A stretch of DNA of 64,000 nucleotides, taken from NCBI RefSeq assembly GCF_030028105.1, contig NC_092377.1, forward strand, positions 48,300,952-48,364,951. The letters run 5' to 3'. The DNA is from Mobula birostris. Taxonomy: Eukaryota. Positions 63,821 to 64,000 of this stretch are shown here, one piece after another; the stretch's first letter is position 1, and the number at the start of each line of letters is the position of its first letter. The notes under the pieces are model-generated. The model searched no databases. It was given only the letters and a program-made list of their open reading frames with translations, and was not told the origin of the DNA. The position numbers were made by a program, and so were the translations under genes.

Positions 63821-64000
63821 CCCACCACTAAGCACATCTTTCCCTCCCCCCCCCGCTTTCCGCAGGGATCGCCCCCTATGCGACTCCCTTGTCCATTCAT
63901 CCCCCCCATCCCTCCCCACCGATCTCCTTCCTGGCACTTATCCTTGTAAGCGGAACAAGTGCTACACATGCCCTTACACTTCCTCCCTTACCACCATTCA
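63778..64000 (+). mobile_element. Inverted second copy of the Penelope-like segment (runs out of the window)
   Basis: Near reverse complement of 63377-63603. ORFs 63408(+) and 63969(-) both begin CSTCSAYKDKCQEGDRWGG. Confidence 0.9.

Overview
Vertebrate genomic DNA, not prokaryotic. The repeat content (CR1, Rex/Babar and Penelope-type elements, HE1/V-SINE-like SINE) suggests a cartilaginous fish, which is an inference. The window holds most of PROX1 (prospero homeobox 1) on the minus strand: a probable CCAAT-box promoter and non-coding exon 1 (~31745-31950), a large first coding exon (ATG at 26838, exon end 25126), a 108-nt exon (15319-15426) that the ORF track missed, and a 195-nt exon (4104-4298). 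The last coding exon was not found and probably lies beyond position 1. The intron after the first coding exon is a 9.7-kb minor-spliceosome (U12) AT-AC intron, and a 3-codon uORF sits just upstream of the start codon. The rest is AT-rich intronic and upstream DNA with decayed and often nested retroelements, a Tc1 remnant, a Gypsy-like LTR fragment and a Penelope fold-back at the right end. A ~15-kb zone around the promoter and first coding exon lacks recognisable transposons. I found no evidence of a novel multi-gene system. The most interesting signals are regulatory, splicing-related and transposon-architecture features. Repeat family names and boundaries come from pattern recognition and are approximate.
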